Source: Octopus sinensis
Taxonomy: Eukaryota
NCBI RefSeq assembly: GCF_006345805.1
Contig: NC_043000.1
Span: 86,490,001 to 86,554,000 of the forward strand
Length of the DNA stretch: 64,000 bases
Direction: 5' to 3'
Shown: in pieces, positions 14,040-29,417 of the stretch
Numbering within the stretch: position 1 is the stretch's first letter
Layout of the letters: each line of letters starts with the position of its first letter
Made by a program: the position numbers and the translations under genes
Notes under the pieces: generated by a model
The model's input: the letters and a program-made list of their open reading frames with translations, nothing else
The model's database searches: none
What the model was told of the DNA's origin: nothing

Positions 14040-14070
<31 letters not shown>

Positions 14071-14088
14071 GTACATGCATGTGTACAC
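13760..14088. repeat. Compound TA/CA/(TACA)n microsatellite
   Basis: Seen directly. Confidence 0.9.
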
Positions 14089-14374
14089 TAGTTTTTCTAG
14101 GGTTTCATCCATTACAATTCTCTTTAGGCTGAAGCACCCTGTTGCTTTGAGCTCTTCACTATTTGCTTTCAATTTACTGGGTTTTTTTTTTAATACACAC
14201 ATACCTACACAAAGTCTTCTCTCAATTATTCAACAGGCAAATAATGAAGAAAAACACTTTAAAAATTAGGATAATTTGGTTTTCAAGAGACAGAATTTGA
14301 AATAAATCAAATAATCACTAGAGAACAGAAAGTCACCAATCATAGTATGGTGTAATTCATAGCTACAACTGTGA

Positions 14375-14495
14375 AACTTGGTATTCCTCAGGGAGCTGCA
14401 TTATGTGCTTTGCTTTTTTGATCTGTATAAAACAATTTCCTTGTATGCATTAGTTCTAACAACAATCTGTTTACTAATGATTTAAGAATCTGTGT
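14375..14495 (+). mobile_element. CR1/L2-like reverse transcriptase relic (a second relic near 11975-12075)
   Basis: Translates roughly as GIPQGAALCALLFLICIK...NLFTNDL, resembling GVPQGSVLGPLLFLIYINDL...LFADD. Confidence 0.5.
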
Positions 14496-14971
14496 AGGGG
14501 CTATGGTGGGGTGAAAACTTTAAAAGTGACTCAAAACTATGAAAAGAGAGAATTTTTTCTAAAAGGGAACACCCAAATATGTGGATAGCAATAAAAATAT
14601 AACATAAGAGCCCTGAAAGAAATCCAACAATGATAATCTGATAATCTTATGAAATTCACTTCTCTCAGTTAGTCTGAATGAAAAAAAAAAATAGAAACCT
14701 ATAATATTTCAGAGCAGATTAAAATATCATTGGGTGCTGTGGGGATGCTAAGACTTAGTTATACAATAACATATATATGTATGCATTGATATATCAATGC
14801 ACACATATAGGTTTAATTATAGTACATTAATTGGACTGTTGCTGCAACTCAAATTTTATAGCTGACAAAACTTTACTATATTTAGAAAAAAAGTGTAAGT
14901 TATTTATCAGCCTTCATTGTTGCTAACACATACATGGTGGCAGGTGACTAGCTACAGAGTATGATCACTTC

Positions 14972-15197
14972 TTAAACCTTTCATTATCATATTTATTTTG
15001 AGATACTCTGTGTTTCTTTCAAATAATTTTAAATATTACAAAGAATTTAGTAAAATAACTTATTTTTAAGCTAGTGTTAGGAACATAAATTGTGACTAAG
15101 GTTTGGTGAAAGATTTTAATTCGAAACTTATGAAAACAAGACATTTGTACTACAGAGCCAGAGGTGGTTTCAGCTGGATTGGTATTGAAAGGGTTAA
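14972..15197 (+). mobile_element. ~225-bp TTAA-flanked MITE (piggyBac-like ends)
   Basis: Imperfect TIRs TTAAACCTTTCATTATC ... GGTATTGAAAGGGTTAA. Related copies at ~44605-44786(+) and 49849-50059(-). Confidence 0.7.
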
Positions 15198-15229
15198 ACC
15201 TATTTCACTAAAAGAAACATCTCATGCTT

Positions 15230-16115
15230 GGTCTCCCCATCGCTGATGACATTTTATAAGGCTTGAGTGGCCTACAAATCATTCCACACCAACCAAAAGT
15301 CAGCCTTCCAGCAACAGCTTGAACATTTTATTGTTGGGACCTACGATGCAAAGTGAGTTCACTAGCCAACCCACACACTCTTCCGCATAAAGCACATGAG
15401 AGAACATGCTGGATATCACACTGAAAGAGGATGCACCTCCATGACCACACTTGTGGCTGAGTAGACCTGCCTTTGAAAAGCAGACATGACCACACTGGTC
15501 TGCTTCTTTCATGCCCTTCTTAGGGAGAGAGTTCACATCCTCTGTATAGTTACCAGCATGTTTCAACTTAGTGTATACAACCTTGTTGTTTGTGAACTTT
15601 TTAACACCACTAACAATCAAATTTTCCCATAACTTCCTGTCTGATGTAAGATCTTCTTGGGTGCTAGAATCAATATTGATGTTATTTAAGTGTGCCTTCA
15701 AGACTGTCTTTGAAATGTTTGCTTGGTTTGTGCTGAGGATGTTTTACTTCCTCCTGCTCACCATACAACACCTGTTTTAGCATGCAGATGCTTTCTAAAT
15801 AGACAGGATGTCCAAACCATCTGAGTTATCGATTTTGTCGGCTGCAGTGCTCTTGTATCAGACACATGAGATGGCCATGAAATTTTCAAGCATCATTCAT
15901 GGAATCATTCAAGGCATTCAATGCATGTGGTAGGTTGTCCAAGTCTTACATTCATACAACAGTGCAATTAAGACACATGATTCTTAGACTTCACCTTTCA
16001 TTGCTGCTTTGATGTCTAATTTGTAACCTGAGCCACAGCTCAACTTTTCCAAATGCATCGCGGTCCTTAGAAAGTTTATAACTAATGCTTTCATCAAGTG
16101 TATTAAATCTACATA
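15230..16115 (-). mobile_element. RTE (BovB-like) LINE 3' fragment
   Basis: Decayed RT-thumb/C-terminal motifs (ALLYECKTWTTY; FKDSLKAHL...DRKLWENLI) and a terminal C2H2-like DQCGHVCFSKAGLLSH (ORF 15300-15701). Confidence 0.8.
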
Positions 16116-16730
16116 GTGTGCCACCAAGGTAGGCAACAACCTATTATCAAAAGTCTCACAGGGTCTCTTTCCATAATACTTAACACCCAAGTACCAATCA
16201 CAAAATCCTTGCTGTCCCCAATAGACCATTTTTTGAGTATGTTTAACCCTTGTGTCAATTCCAATTTCTCCGACATATTTCTCAAACTGGCTTGTTAGTG
16301 CTACCAGTGCTCCTACAACTACTGGCATGACAGTTACTCTCTTCAATGCCCACATTCATGCAATTTCATCTTTTAGTAGCTTACCTTTTTCTGTCTTTTC
16401 CAACTCTTTGTTACCCACACTTGCATCCCCATGTATGGCAATATCTATGATCTTATGTTTGCTTCTTCCTTTTATCCACTACAACAATGTCTGGTCTCCA
16501 AACATCAATTAGTGGATCACTGGATCATAAAATCAATAGGATCTCATATTCATCATTCTCAGTGATGCCTTCTGGTTTATGTTTGTACTATTTCCGTGTT
16601 CTTTCAAGAACGTATTTCTCATACAAACGCCAGTGAACAAACCTAGCCATATCATTGTGCCTCCTTTTGTAATCCCTTTGAGCCAGTTTGCTACACTCAC
16701 TCACAATACATGAGGTTGTTTCATTTTTGT
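16116..16730 (-). mobile_element. R4/Dong-like non-LTR retrotransposon 3' fragment (CCHC knuckle plus restriction-like endonuclease)
   Basis: ETTSCIVSECSKLAQRDYKRRHNDMARFVHWRLYEKY...KHKPEGITENDEY...IIDIAI...KELEK...LKDEIA*MWALKRVTVMPVVVGAL. Confidence 0.85.
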
Positions 16731-16803
16731 GGTCACACATCCCACAAAGGGGAAATTCACTGCTCATTTCTATTTGGAACCTAGTGTAATTAGTTCTCAG
16801 TGC

Positions 16804-16834
<31 letters not shown>

Positions 16835-16962
16835 CATCATCATCATCATCATTATTATTATTACTATTATTATTATCATTATTATTATTATCATTATTAT
16901 TATTATTATCATTATTATCATTATCATCATTATTATCATTATCATTATTATTATTATTATTT
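16804..16962. repeat. (TTA)n/(TCA)n trinucleotide microsatellite
   Basis: Seen directly. Confidence 0.95.
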
Positions 16963-17146
16963 AGATGAATGATAGAGAGAAAATGGAGTGGCTGGGAGTG
17001 AGGTACGGGAGATATGTTAGAGCATGGAGTGTGAATAGGCACATGAGGAAGAGTGGAGGGGCCTACAGTGGGTGGTGATCATGGATAGTTATATGGGGAG
17101 GATGTTGGGAAGATAGGTTGTTGGAGTGTTTTGACAGAGGACAAGT

Positions 17147-17186
<40 letters not shown>

Positions 17187-17249
17187 CGTGCGTGTGTGTG
17201 TGTGAGTCTGAGTGGAGGGCATGATTATAAAGGAAATGCCTTTATGTAT

Positions 17250-17800
17250 GGATGACCATGCTTTTACTTAGCTCAACATGTCTTCGCAAGCAGAGCAAAT
17301 CAGTCCCTTGTCATCTCCTCTGTGAAGTGCAACATCTGAACATCATTTCTCACCACCACATTAACCCATGTCTTCCTGGGTCTACCCCTTCCACAGGTTC
17401 CCACCACAATTAGAAATCAGCACTTATTTATGCAGCTGTCCTCATTCATACATATCACATGACCATACCAACACAGTTTTCTCTCTTACACACTACATCT
17501 GATGTCTCTTATATCCAATTCTTCTACTCATGCAAGCATGGAACACAGGCGTTAAATGATGAGGATGATGATGATGTGCATGCACACTGACATGACCTAT
17601 CTGGTGGAACATGTTGGTTTCATTTCTTTCAAGCCTTTGCATATCCTCAGTAGTTACATCCTAGTTATACTACCATGTATCATAGCTGTTTGTACATAGG
17701 CATCATACAACCTACCCTTCACTCTGAGGGAGAGACTCATTGTTACTAACAAAGATAGCAGCTCTCTGAACTTTTCCCAGCCTGAAAGATGAGCTAGTTT
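17250..17800 (-). mobile_element. RTE LINE 3' ORF fragment (same family as 27400-29417)
   Basis: WEKFRELLSLLVTMSLSLRVKGRLYDAYVQTAMIHGS...LCWYGHVICMNEDSCINKC...GTCGRGRPRKTW. Confidence 0.85.
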
Positions 17801-18434
17801 TTGATGGAGTTTCTCTATATGTCTCCATTGTAGTCTAATGTTGGCTCCGTGCCAGAGGGCATCAAGCCATAGAAAGCATGCAAAAACAGACAAATGGAGC
17901 CTGGTTTAGCTCTCTGGTTTGCCAGCTCTAGCCAAACTGTCCAACCCATGCCAGCATAGAAAACAGACGTTCAATGATGATGATGATAATGATGCAGGTG
18001 ATGGGCTGGTAGAGTCATTAGCATGTTGGACAAAATTCTTAGCAGCATCTTGCCTGTCTTTACATTCTGAGGTCAAATGCTGTTGAAGTTGACTTACCCT
18101 TTATCCTTTCAGGGTTGATGAAATAAGTATCAGTTGAGTAGTGGGGTTGAAATAATTGACTAGCCCACTCCCCCGAAATTTCAAGTCTTGTGCCTATACC
18201 ATAAAGAATTATTATTATCCAGTCGGCTAGCAAGCAAAATTTTAAGCACATTTGACAAAATACTTAGAAGTAATTTTTTCTGCCAGTTCCTTATATTCCA
18301 CTGGGGTCATCTTAGCCTTTCATCCCTCTAAGGTCAATGAAATAAGTACCAAACAAGTACTGGAGGTCCATGGTATTGACTAACTCCTCCTCAAAATTGC
18401 TGGCTTTGCACCAAAATTTGAATCTATTATTACT

Positions 18435-18793
18435 GTTCAATAGTCTTTTTTGTGTATGCTTTCACTATTTTACCAAACTCAGCTTCATATGTCTAGATAT
18501 TTGTTATGGTTTGTTTTGGCACTGTTATTTTAACTGTACTGAAAGTTCTCTATGTAAGATGTGCGTGATGCCTAGCAGTGCTAGTTTGTTAGACATATTT
18601 GTAAGTCCTGGAGTTTTGGTTATGTATTCATCTGCATGTATCTTTTTTTTATGGCTAAAGCACATATTATTATAGGAGCTGTTTCTGTTTTCAGGCCCCA
18701 TACTCAGGTTATTTTTATTTCCAGATCTTTGTATTCAATAGTTTTTCCATTTCTTTTAGCAATACGTCATCATCTATTGGGACAGATGTGTTG

Positions 18794-18797
<4 letters not shown>
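18435..18797 (-). mobile_element. Second R4/Dong-like LINE 3' fragment (endonuclease C-terminus) abutting (TTA)n
   Basis: Minus strand reads SVPIDDDVLLKEMEK...YKDLEIKIT*VWGLKTETAPIIICAL...ITKTPGLTNMSNKLALLGITHIL. (TTA)n at 18797-18840. Confidence 0.75.
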
Positions 18798-18837
<40 letters not shown>

Positions 18838-19799
18838 CATTAGCAGCAGCAGCAGCAGTAGTAGTTGAGATTGAGATTATTTTCATTGAATTCTCTTTCT
18901 AAAAATTTTAATTCTCAAAGACAGTTTTTTTACTGCAATTTAATCAAAATCTGTGACAAGGAAAGGAGAAAAATATTATAAGTAAAAATTTGAATATGTG
19001 TTCAATTGAATCCAGAAAAAAACCCAGCAACTTGAATTAAATGATGGACTATTCATTGAACAGTGACTGCAAACAACATATTTGTTCTGTTCTAGTGACC
19101 CTAGAAGAATAGATTAATAATTTTAGTTCCTATTTTTATTAATAAAATTGGCAAAATTAGAAATTCAATAACCAAGATTAGTACAGATTTGTAGAAATAA
19201 TAAGCTATTATGACAATCTTCTTTCTACAATAAAATACAGCCATTTGAGGATCTTCTGAAATATTTGGTATTAATATAATACACACTCTAAATGGATGTA
19301 CACATACTGATGCTGTTGATTTTGGGGTTTTACAATAGTTCCAATTAGCAGAGTTTCTTTAGTTAATGCTTATCCCAGTGACAGTTCAAGTAATTTAAAG
19401 TTGGATATGATGTTTAGCAGGAAGAATTAATAACAATGTCAGATGTTCAATTACTGAAGTTAGATAGTGCTTCCAAGATTAGTGAAAATATCTAATTTTC
19501 CTTTCCTTGTCCCAAATTTCAATGGTCACATCATTTTCCTTTTTCCAAAGCTTTGTTTCAGACAAGAAATTACAGAGCTTTGTCATTTCTTGAGAAAATA
19601 TTTTTTTTCTGTTTTTACAACTTGTTTTTACTCAGCAAGTAGCAAAAACAGCAAGTAGGAATGGTTAGAGCTCATGAATCTTGCAGTTTCTCTGAGTCTA
19701 ATGAGAATGTTACTATTAATGCTCTTTTTAAATTAATGCAGCTCAACATCTGCAGGAAAGTTGTTTTAGAGGGGTAATGTTTTGGGAAGGAAACATTGG

Positions 19800-20280
19800 C
19801 CATAGTGGGTAGTGCTGGGGAGTGGAAATGGATGCACCAAGTGTGATAAGAGGAGTGACAAGTGATGAAGGCATGAGATTAGTCAGCTCTGTGAACAAAG
19901 GTCATTAGAGTAGTAACAGAAAAAACTGAGAGAGGAGATAGTATGCCAGTGGGCCAGGGGGTGGAGTGTGTTTGTTAGTGAGGGGGTGCCAATCCACTAA
20001 ATAGTTTTCTTTAGATGTGATCTAGGGTGTATGGGTAGTAGCAGCACCATCCCATATGTGGGCACAATACAGTACTATGTGGGCCTCACTTGAGTCTTGT
20101 AGAGTATCAGCAGCTATTATGGCTGAAATGTCTTTTGGTCCAAAAGAGAACTAGTCTTTGGCATTTGGTCCTAGCAACAATAAGGATGTGCTTTTACCAG
20201 GGGAGTAATAGTGAGGCTTAGCATTTGGAGTGTCTGCAGGGGCTCTAGCTGTGTGTCAAAGAGGTGTGGTGCAGTGGCAT
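19800..20280 (-). mobile_element. CR1/L2-like LINE fragment
   Basis: LLILYKTQVRP...YCAHIWDGAATTHT motif, typical of the post-RT region. Confidence 0.65.
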
Positions 20281-22089
20281 ATTCTTAATAAGAATAGTGC
20301 TTGAGCCAAATCGTTGCAATAAAGATTAAATTCCAAAACATTGATATATATTTACAACTGAATCCTTTTATGACAAATGATAGAATCTCTTCTTAGTCAC
20401 TTGATTATAATAAATAACAGTTAATTTTCTCAAATCACACCTGAATGTCTTAAAGGAGGAAGATTACATTGGACAATGTACTCCTAGGTACTGCTAAAAC
20501 ACAGGCTGGCCAACTCAATCAATACTGACCCAGTGTTAAACAAAAACAACAAAATATAACATGTTTATTTCAATTAACCTGCAGCTGTCTGTTGTTATAA
20601 TACAATGTCAAACTAATTAGTCTGTGATTCCTACATAGCCTATTATTCTGTGATTCCTATATGGCCTTGAGAGTAAATACCATCAGTTATTATTCCTTGA
20701 TGCATATTGAACTCTATTCCATTGTTTTGATATTATTTTAGCCTAGCCTTTCTAAATTTTTACATAGTTGTAATGATTTACAATTGTTATTTGTTCAATA
20801 AAATCTTTAATTTTATCAGTTGAACAGTGATTTCATATGTAGTGAAACTATATTATAAATGAGAAATATGATTTGTTAATATGAGCATTTAAACTATATT
20901 TTTATATTTAAAAAAATCTTTCTTTGTTTTAATTTTTTAAACTTGAAATTGTAATTGATGCTTACTGGCATATAAAAATGAATTGAAATTTTCAACTGGA
21001 AAAAGGAAATATTTCAAACAGAATTTTAAAATTTATGAATATTATAAGAAAATTAGAAAGACATTTTCTACATTGAAATAAAATTAAAAGAAGTAGAAAG
21101 ATGCAAAAAATATAGTATAAAATAAGAGTGAAATAATTTAAAACCCTCACAAAAATATTTAAAAGTTATGTAACTGAACATAAAAGATAGAAGAAAATGT
21201 AGATAAAAAATAAGAGATCACGTGAGAAAAGGAAATTTTGAAATGAAGAAAAAAATGAAAGAAAATGTTTAAAATATGATGAATTTTATACATAATTTTT
21301 ATAGTTTGAAGAGGTATGAATATTTTAATAGCTTTCTCAAGAAAATACATTGTACTTTGAGTATTCTTTATATTTGCATAAGAAAATATAATTATGTTAA
21401 CATGTCATCATAGGCAACCAGAAAAGGCAGATTCTTCAATTCAATAAATGGTCAGATTATGAAATCTCTAATTTTACTCTTGCTATAAGAATGTTAAACT
21501 GTTCTAAACTTGGATTTTCTTAGAAACTGATGGTGTGTAACAGTTGAATGGGCAAAGCTTAATATCTCTAACTCACCTTATTTGCATATTAGATTGAATA
21601 TCATTGCTGATACTTTGGTGTGCTCTTCTAATAGACATCATATTCTCAGAATGTTTGACATTGTGTAAAAATTCAATAGCAAAATATATTCAGACATATG
21701 TAATTGTCTAAACTGACAAGTCACTCTAATCCAAGAATGACATTGAAAAATGGATCAAAACTGAATGGATCAATGGTTAAACAACAACTTGTAGGTTCTG
21801 CTGATTCCAAGATATACCTCAAAAACAATTTTTGGAGACCCTCCAAAGCTAATGAGATCAATGTGCTTAACATTCCCTTTAAACTATTGTAAGTTAATAA
21901 CCACAAGAAAAAACATGTGCTGGGAAGGAATTCCCCCCAAAATCAATATTTTGGAGAGGAATGACTGGGTGGAAGGATTAATGTGAAACCTGAAGTTCAA
22001 GTGGTGATGAATTGTGATAGTTCAAGTGGTGATAGAAGCAGTGGTGATGAGAAAAAAGACTAATGAGTCAGTAATGTTTGATTGGAAGT

Positions 22090-23125
22090 GATATAATATC
22101 AGCCTACTCCAAGGAGTTCTTTGTCTTTTCTACTGTAGATGTAGAAGAAAAGACGAAGAAAGGACACAATATGTTTGTGGGTCAGAGGCTGGAGCATTTG
22201 TGAGGGATGAGGTCAAGGATGTTTGTGCATAGCAGCAAATGTTGATGAGAGAGCAGTACTCCACTTGAACTCTATTGAGGGTTTGTTTTTGCTGAAGTTT
22301 TTTTCTGGCTTTGAAAGAGAAGACCAGTTTTTGTGGCACAGGTTTTGCTACCCTGAAGATGTGTGTCCACTAGGACAGATCTTCAAAGGCAGTAATGCCT
22401 AACATTTATAGTGACCATAAGGGTTTTAGTTGCATGAGAGTGGACAATAATGTTTTCACGTGGTGTTTAGTGATTGTAAGTTTGTGTTGTTGAAAGAGAC
22501 AATATTGGCATGACCCTTTGGAGGATGTTTTTGATGTTGCTGTTCATGAAATTCATGTAGGTTTCCTGTGAGGTAACAAGAATATATGTTGATGGTACTT
22601 TAGGTGCAGACAGTTAGGAAAGAATGAAAAGTGTTGCAAGCTGCATAGAAATCAGTGTTGTTGGGGGTAAGAGCAGATAACTGTTGATATATAGGATATA
22701 TAAGATTGTGGAGGATAAAAACCAAAATGTAGAGCACAGCAGACTTGATAGATGATGGTGTAGAAGGTCTCTGTTTGATCCTGCTATAGTGAATCTATGA
22801 TCATTAAGGAGGTAAAGGTTATTAGTAATGGCTATCTCTGTCACTGATGGCAGTGAGTGAGATAGAATGATATTTGGCATGGCGAGTAGAGTTTCTCTGC
22901 TTGAAAATGAGACACACTTTCAGAAGGACCAACCCCCTATTGAAGGAGAACATAGCCATCCATCAAAAAGGAAGGACAACCATAAGCAGTATGCAGATCT
23001 CCGGTTGGAAACATTTTTCCTGCATGTTTCATAGATTTCACTTAGAATCAATGAAGTTTGAAGCCTCCTCCTCATCTTTTTTTATTATACTGCGTAGTCT
23101 AAAGAAGGTGGAATTGTGTTTATAG
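22090..23125 (-). mobile_element. Heavily decayed retroelement relic, possibly Penelope-like
   Basis: Only weak motifs (STFFRLRSII resembles SQFLRLRRIC; a CxxC-like stretch). Many stops. Confidence 0.25.
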
Positions 23126-23823
23126 CATTTCTAAGACTTGCAACCATATGATATTAATATAATCAGGAGCAGTTGGGAAATTGTGAGTTGGAAGTGACCT
23201 GTAGTTCTGGAAAGGAAGATTTGGGAAATATAGATATAATGGGATTTGATGAGGGAAGGTAAGGAGGATTAGATGAGGAGAGGCAAGTGGATTAAATTGG
23301 TATGAACAGGTAACATTGTCTGCAGTATTGGCAAAAGAAATATATTTCTATTCTTTATACAATTAACTGTGGTACCCCTGGAGAATCCATTATCTTTCAG
23401 ATTAACTTTCTCTCCTTTCACAATCTTTTACTAACCTATACATTATTATGAAGATGATAATGATGACAAAATATTTATTATTCATAGCTCCTGCTCTGTT
23501 AATCAATATAAGTATTGTTTCAGAATACTGCTATAGCTTGTAAAATAAGAGATCTCAGTTCTCTTTTGATATAATTTAAGTTACCAAATGGCTGTTAGTC
23601 ATGATTTTGCAACCATAATTTGGGATATCTTTTTTTCAGTAACGATCACTAAATGGTTATGTTCAAAGATAAAAGTAGTTTTAAAGGAGATATTTAGAAG
23701 AGCTGAATTCAAGTAGAAAGATGTAAGGTTTGATATATATATATTTTTTTCTTTTGGATGAGGTCTTGACATTTTAAGCAAATGCTCTCTTTTAGAAGCA
23801 ACCCCACTAATAATACAAGCACT

Positions 23824-23858
<35 letters not shown>

Positions 23859-24929
23859 TAGAATACTGAGAACAAACATTATTTTCTGTTCTTCTGCATA
23901 CTTTAAAGCCAAATTTAGTCAACATTATTCTATCAAGTGTCTACTTCCAACATTGTTGAAGATTTCTGTTATTTCTTCCAATGGAAGTTGGAAGTTGATA
24001 ATTTGGTAACATTTAATGGTAACACATTGTAAAAGTTATGTATTTTAGGAGAAATTGCCTTCCACTTCCAGTTCTCATAAACAGTTCCAATATTAAAAGA
24101 TTGCCTCACTACATATGTAAGCTACATACATTTCTAGTATCTTTATTTTTTTTTAACATTATAAATAAACATTCAAAATAAAATTTTGACTTAGTAAATA
24201 AATAATTCAGTTATGAGAAGAAATTATTAATCACCAAATCTAAAATATGAGAGATAATAAAAATAGAAATCATTTTGGAGTTCATCTCTTACCACTGGAA
24301 TGGGCAAGAAGCTGACTGGAATTCTAATATACAAAATTATATTGATAAAATATAAATGTATAGACTTGATAAGGAATGGTGTAATTTTTTTTTTTTAATC
24401 TTTAATTGTTAAACTATCTGCACTGACTATTCTGCTTTAACTTATTATTTTACTAACATAACAATTTTTTCTCCTTCTCTCTCTCTCTCTACTACTACTA
24501 ATAAACTATGAACAATATGAGTAATGATGATTTTCTCCTGGGGAGATGTTCTCATTATAGACCTCACCTGTGTCTCCTATGCAATAAATAATTTAATGTA
24601 GTGTAATACAATGTAATTAATAGTCACTAATGATGATGGTACTTGATTACTTCATACTGAAGATATCCAACTAGATTGAAATAGCAAGCTGTGTATGAAT
24701 ATTAAAGACTCTATAGTTGAAATGTAAAAAAAAAAACTGAACAAAATAAGTCTATAAAAATGTTATGTGTGGGGGAAGGGGGTTAAATTTGTCACACAAA
24801 GAAAAAAATGTAAACTTGACACAAAAAAAATTTTTTGATAAACTGGCATCACTGTAGAATTATAAGGGGAGCTGTAGTCATTTCCTTGATAGGAAATAGA
24901 TCTTATAATATTTAAAAAGGATTATCAGT

Positions 24930-26857
24930 CCACTTTATGGTGCCAGTGGACAAAATAGAAAGGCCCTGGAAGATGGCGAGGGAAGTGCTCTTAAACAGCT
25001 ACTCTGACTCAGGGGCTCACACTTGTGGATAGCCATCTCAACTCCAACTGTGGTAAGCCAGAATGTCAGGGATCAAGAATGCTAGAGGTCAGCACTTCCA
25101 CAGGCTTGACCACAAATCTGTCAAAGAGTGGCTGATACTTTGATAGTTTACCCTTCTTGACCTTACAAACAGCAAAACTTGGGCTGACAACTGAACACAC
25201 CAAGTTTCCAAAGAAGGTATCACAGCATGTGGCATTACAAATGAGGGGCCTACCATGTAGAAAAGGAACATTGTCATGCTCTCTGGCCTTAAGCTAGCTT
25301 CACTGACTCAAGCTGGGAAAAGAAGCCTGCAGCATCTAGACCATGATTTATGATCTCACTGTGAGCAGCATGGCATGGAAGGCACTGTGATAACATGACA
25401 ATAGGTGAAGGCTAAAAGAATCCACAGTGAATCCATAATGACATTTGTGAGGCTCACAGATTTGGAGGGCAAGCCTCAGGGAAACACCAATGCACAAAGA
25501 ACCATTATCAAGTTGTGTGCCAGTTGAGGGTGATGGCACTGTGTTGAGTCAGGCATTGCTGAGAGCTGGGAGGCCAAGCCGAAACATATCAGATGGTGCT
25601 GGTCAAGTTGGCATACCAGCCCATCATTCCAGATCATACTGCACTGGATGGCATCCCATTTGTTTTGTGGGAGCAGATGTCTACAAGGCGAAAGGAGGAT
25701 GGACATCCGGAGGGCAGAGGATGAGTTGGCTCCATGTCACGTAGGCCTCCTCATGCTCCCTCATCACAGTAGGCTCAATTATGTTGTGAAGCTGGATGTT
25801 GCACGTATTTTTGGAAGCCTGTTGGACACAGGCATCAAAGTCTGTGAGGAGAGATGAGTGGCTATAGAAAGGGACACTGTGGAAGGTATACAGAAACTTT
25901 GGTGCGCTGAAGCATTTCCTTAACATGAAGAATGCAGATGGGCATTGATCACACTCACTCTGCTCATCAGAGTTTTGAGCTGATGAAGCTTGGACTTGAG
26001 GGTGGAGCAACTGGCAGGTAGGAGGATCAGCAAACCAAGAATAAGGATGTCCTCTTTCAAGGTCACCTCCACCTGGCAAAGTAATGATTGCACATCCAAG
26101 ACAGAGGCAACAAAGCCCTCTGCATTTTCATTGACATTCACAACTGCCAATGTGGATGAATTAATCCGGAAACCAATCCTTACCAGACAGGAATCACTGA
26201 TTGCAAATCATAGCTGATACTCTCTTCAGGCCCACCTATTGTTGCATGGTACCATATGTTGAAGGGAGCCATGGTGCTTTGAGCATCACTGTCCATCCCA
26301 AGAATGGTAAGGAAGGGGACCAATGGATTACCCTGTTGAACACCAGTTAAAGATAGTATGACCTTCTCCACAGTGAGGAGCATGCTTAGAGACCTGTGTG
26401 ATAAGTAAGCATGCAGGTAGGCAAATGGAGTATAGCTGAGGAAGACATTGAGCAGGTGATCATAGTGCAGATAGTTGAAAGTATTTTTCATGTCAAACTT
26501 GACAACGAGGTGCCTCAATGTCCATTCAGGAGAATAATCATTGAAGAACTGTCCAGCAGCTCCCTTTCACTCGCTGGCTACACCAATCCCCAGCTGCACC
26601 AGGATGAGTTCCTTACCTAGTTCAGATGCAACAGATCTACAGATGATATTGGTGACAAGCCTCTAGAAGATGTTGACCACTATGATGGGTTGTATGCCAC
26701 CGTCCTTCTTCTTGAGAGCAATTAGGAAGGCTGAAAAGAAAAGGCTTTGAGAATAAGGGTCCAGAGCACCATGACTGAACCATAAGAGCCATAATTACAC
26801 TCAGCTGATGACACCTGGCTTCAGCGGTGAGGAGAGACACCAAGTTTTTGAGGTGGC
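24930..26857 (-). mobile_element. CRE-clade non-LTR retrotransposon, decayed RT plus CCHC plus REL endonuclease
   Basis: LIALKKKDGGIQPIIVVNIF*RL; LVVKFDMKNTFN...ILSLTGVQQGNPLVPFL...FNIWY; FFMLRKCFSAPKFLY; GTQLDNGSLCIGVSLRLALQICEPHKCHYGFTVDSFSLHLLSC. Confidence 0.8.
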
Positions 26858-27399
26858 TCACACACACACACACACACACCACATTCATTCATTTCATTTC
26901 GTCAATGAAAAGAAAAGAAAATGGATTCTTGGTAAGAAGATCCTTTTCCTTGCTATAGAAATGAAATAAACAGCCAAATGTATAGAGTTTAAATTTCTTT
27001 TCTATGGGCATTTTTTATCATGACTTGCATAAACCTTAACTAGTATATTTTATGCTCTCTTCTTTGGTCCAAATGAAATAGCTGTTTCCTCATATTACTT
27101 ACATCAATTATTACACAACTTTCTACCTCAAATTTGCACTACACTTTTAAAATGTCTTCTTTTTATTACATATTCTAACTAGTCTCTTTCTGTTATCCAT
27201 TCAATTCAAAACTGTTCAACACAACTTGTTATATAAAGTTCTATTAAGTCAAATCAATTTAAATTATATAGCTTCTATACTGGGACAGTATACAAAGAAA
27301 GTAAATTAAAATTAGTTTTTTTACCAAAACAGAAGTTGTAGTAGAATTAGAAAAGAAATTCCATATGTGGAAGCAAAATTTAGAAGTAAAGGGCCTTAA

Positions 27400-29417
<2,018 letters not shown>

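Noticed and set aside
21572-21690. Minus-strand open stretch ending at an AG|GTGAGT donor
   Set aside because: There is an in-frame stop just upstream, no good acceptor and no recognisable homology.
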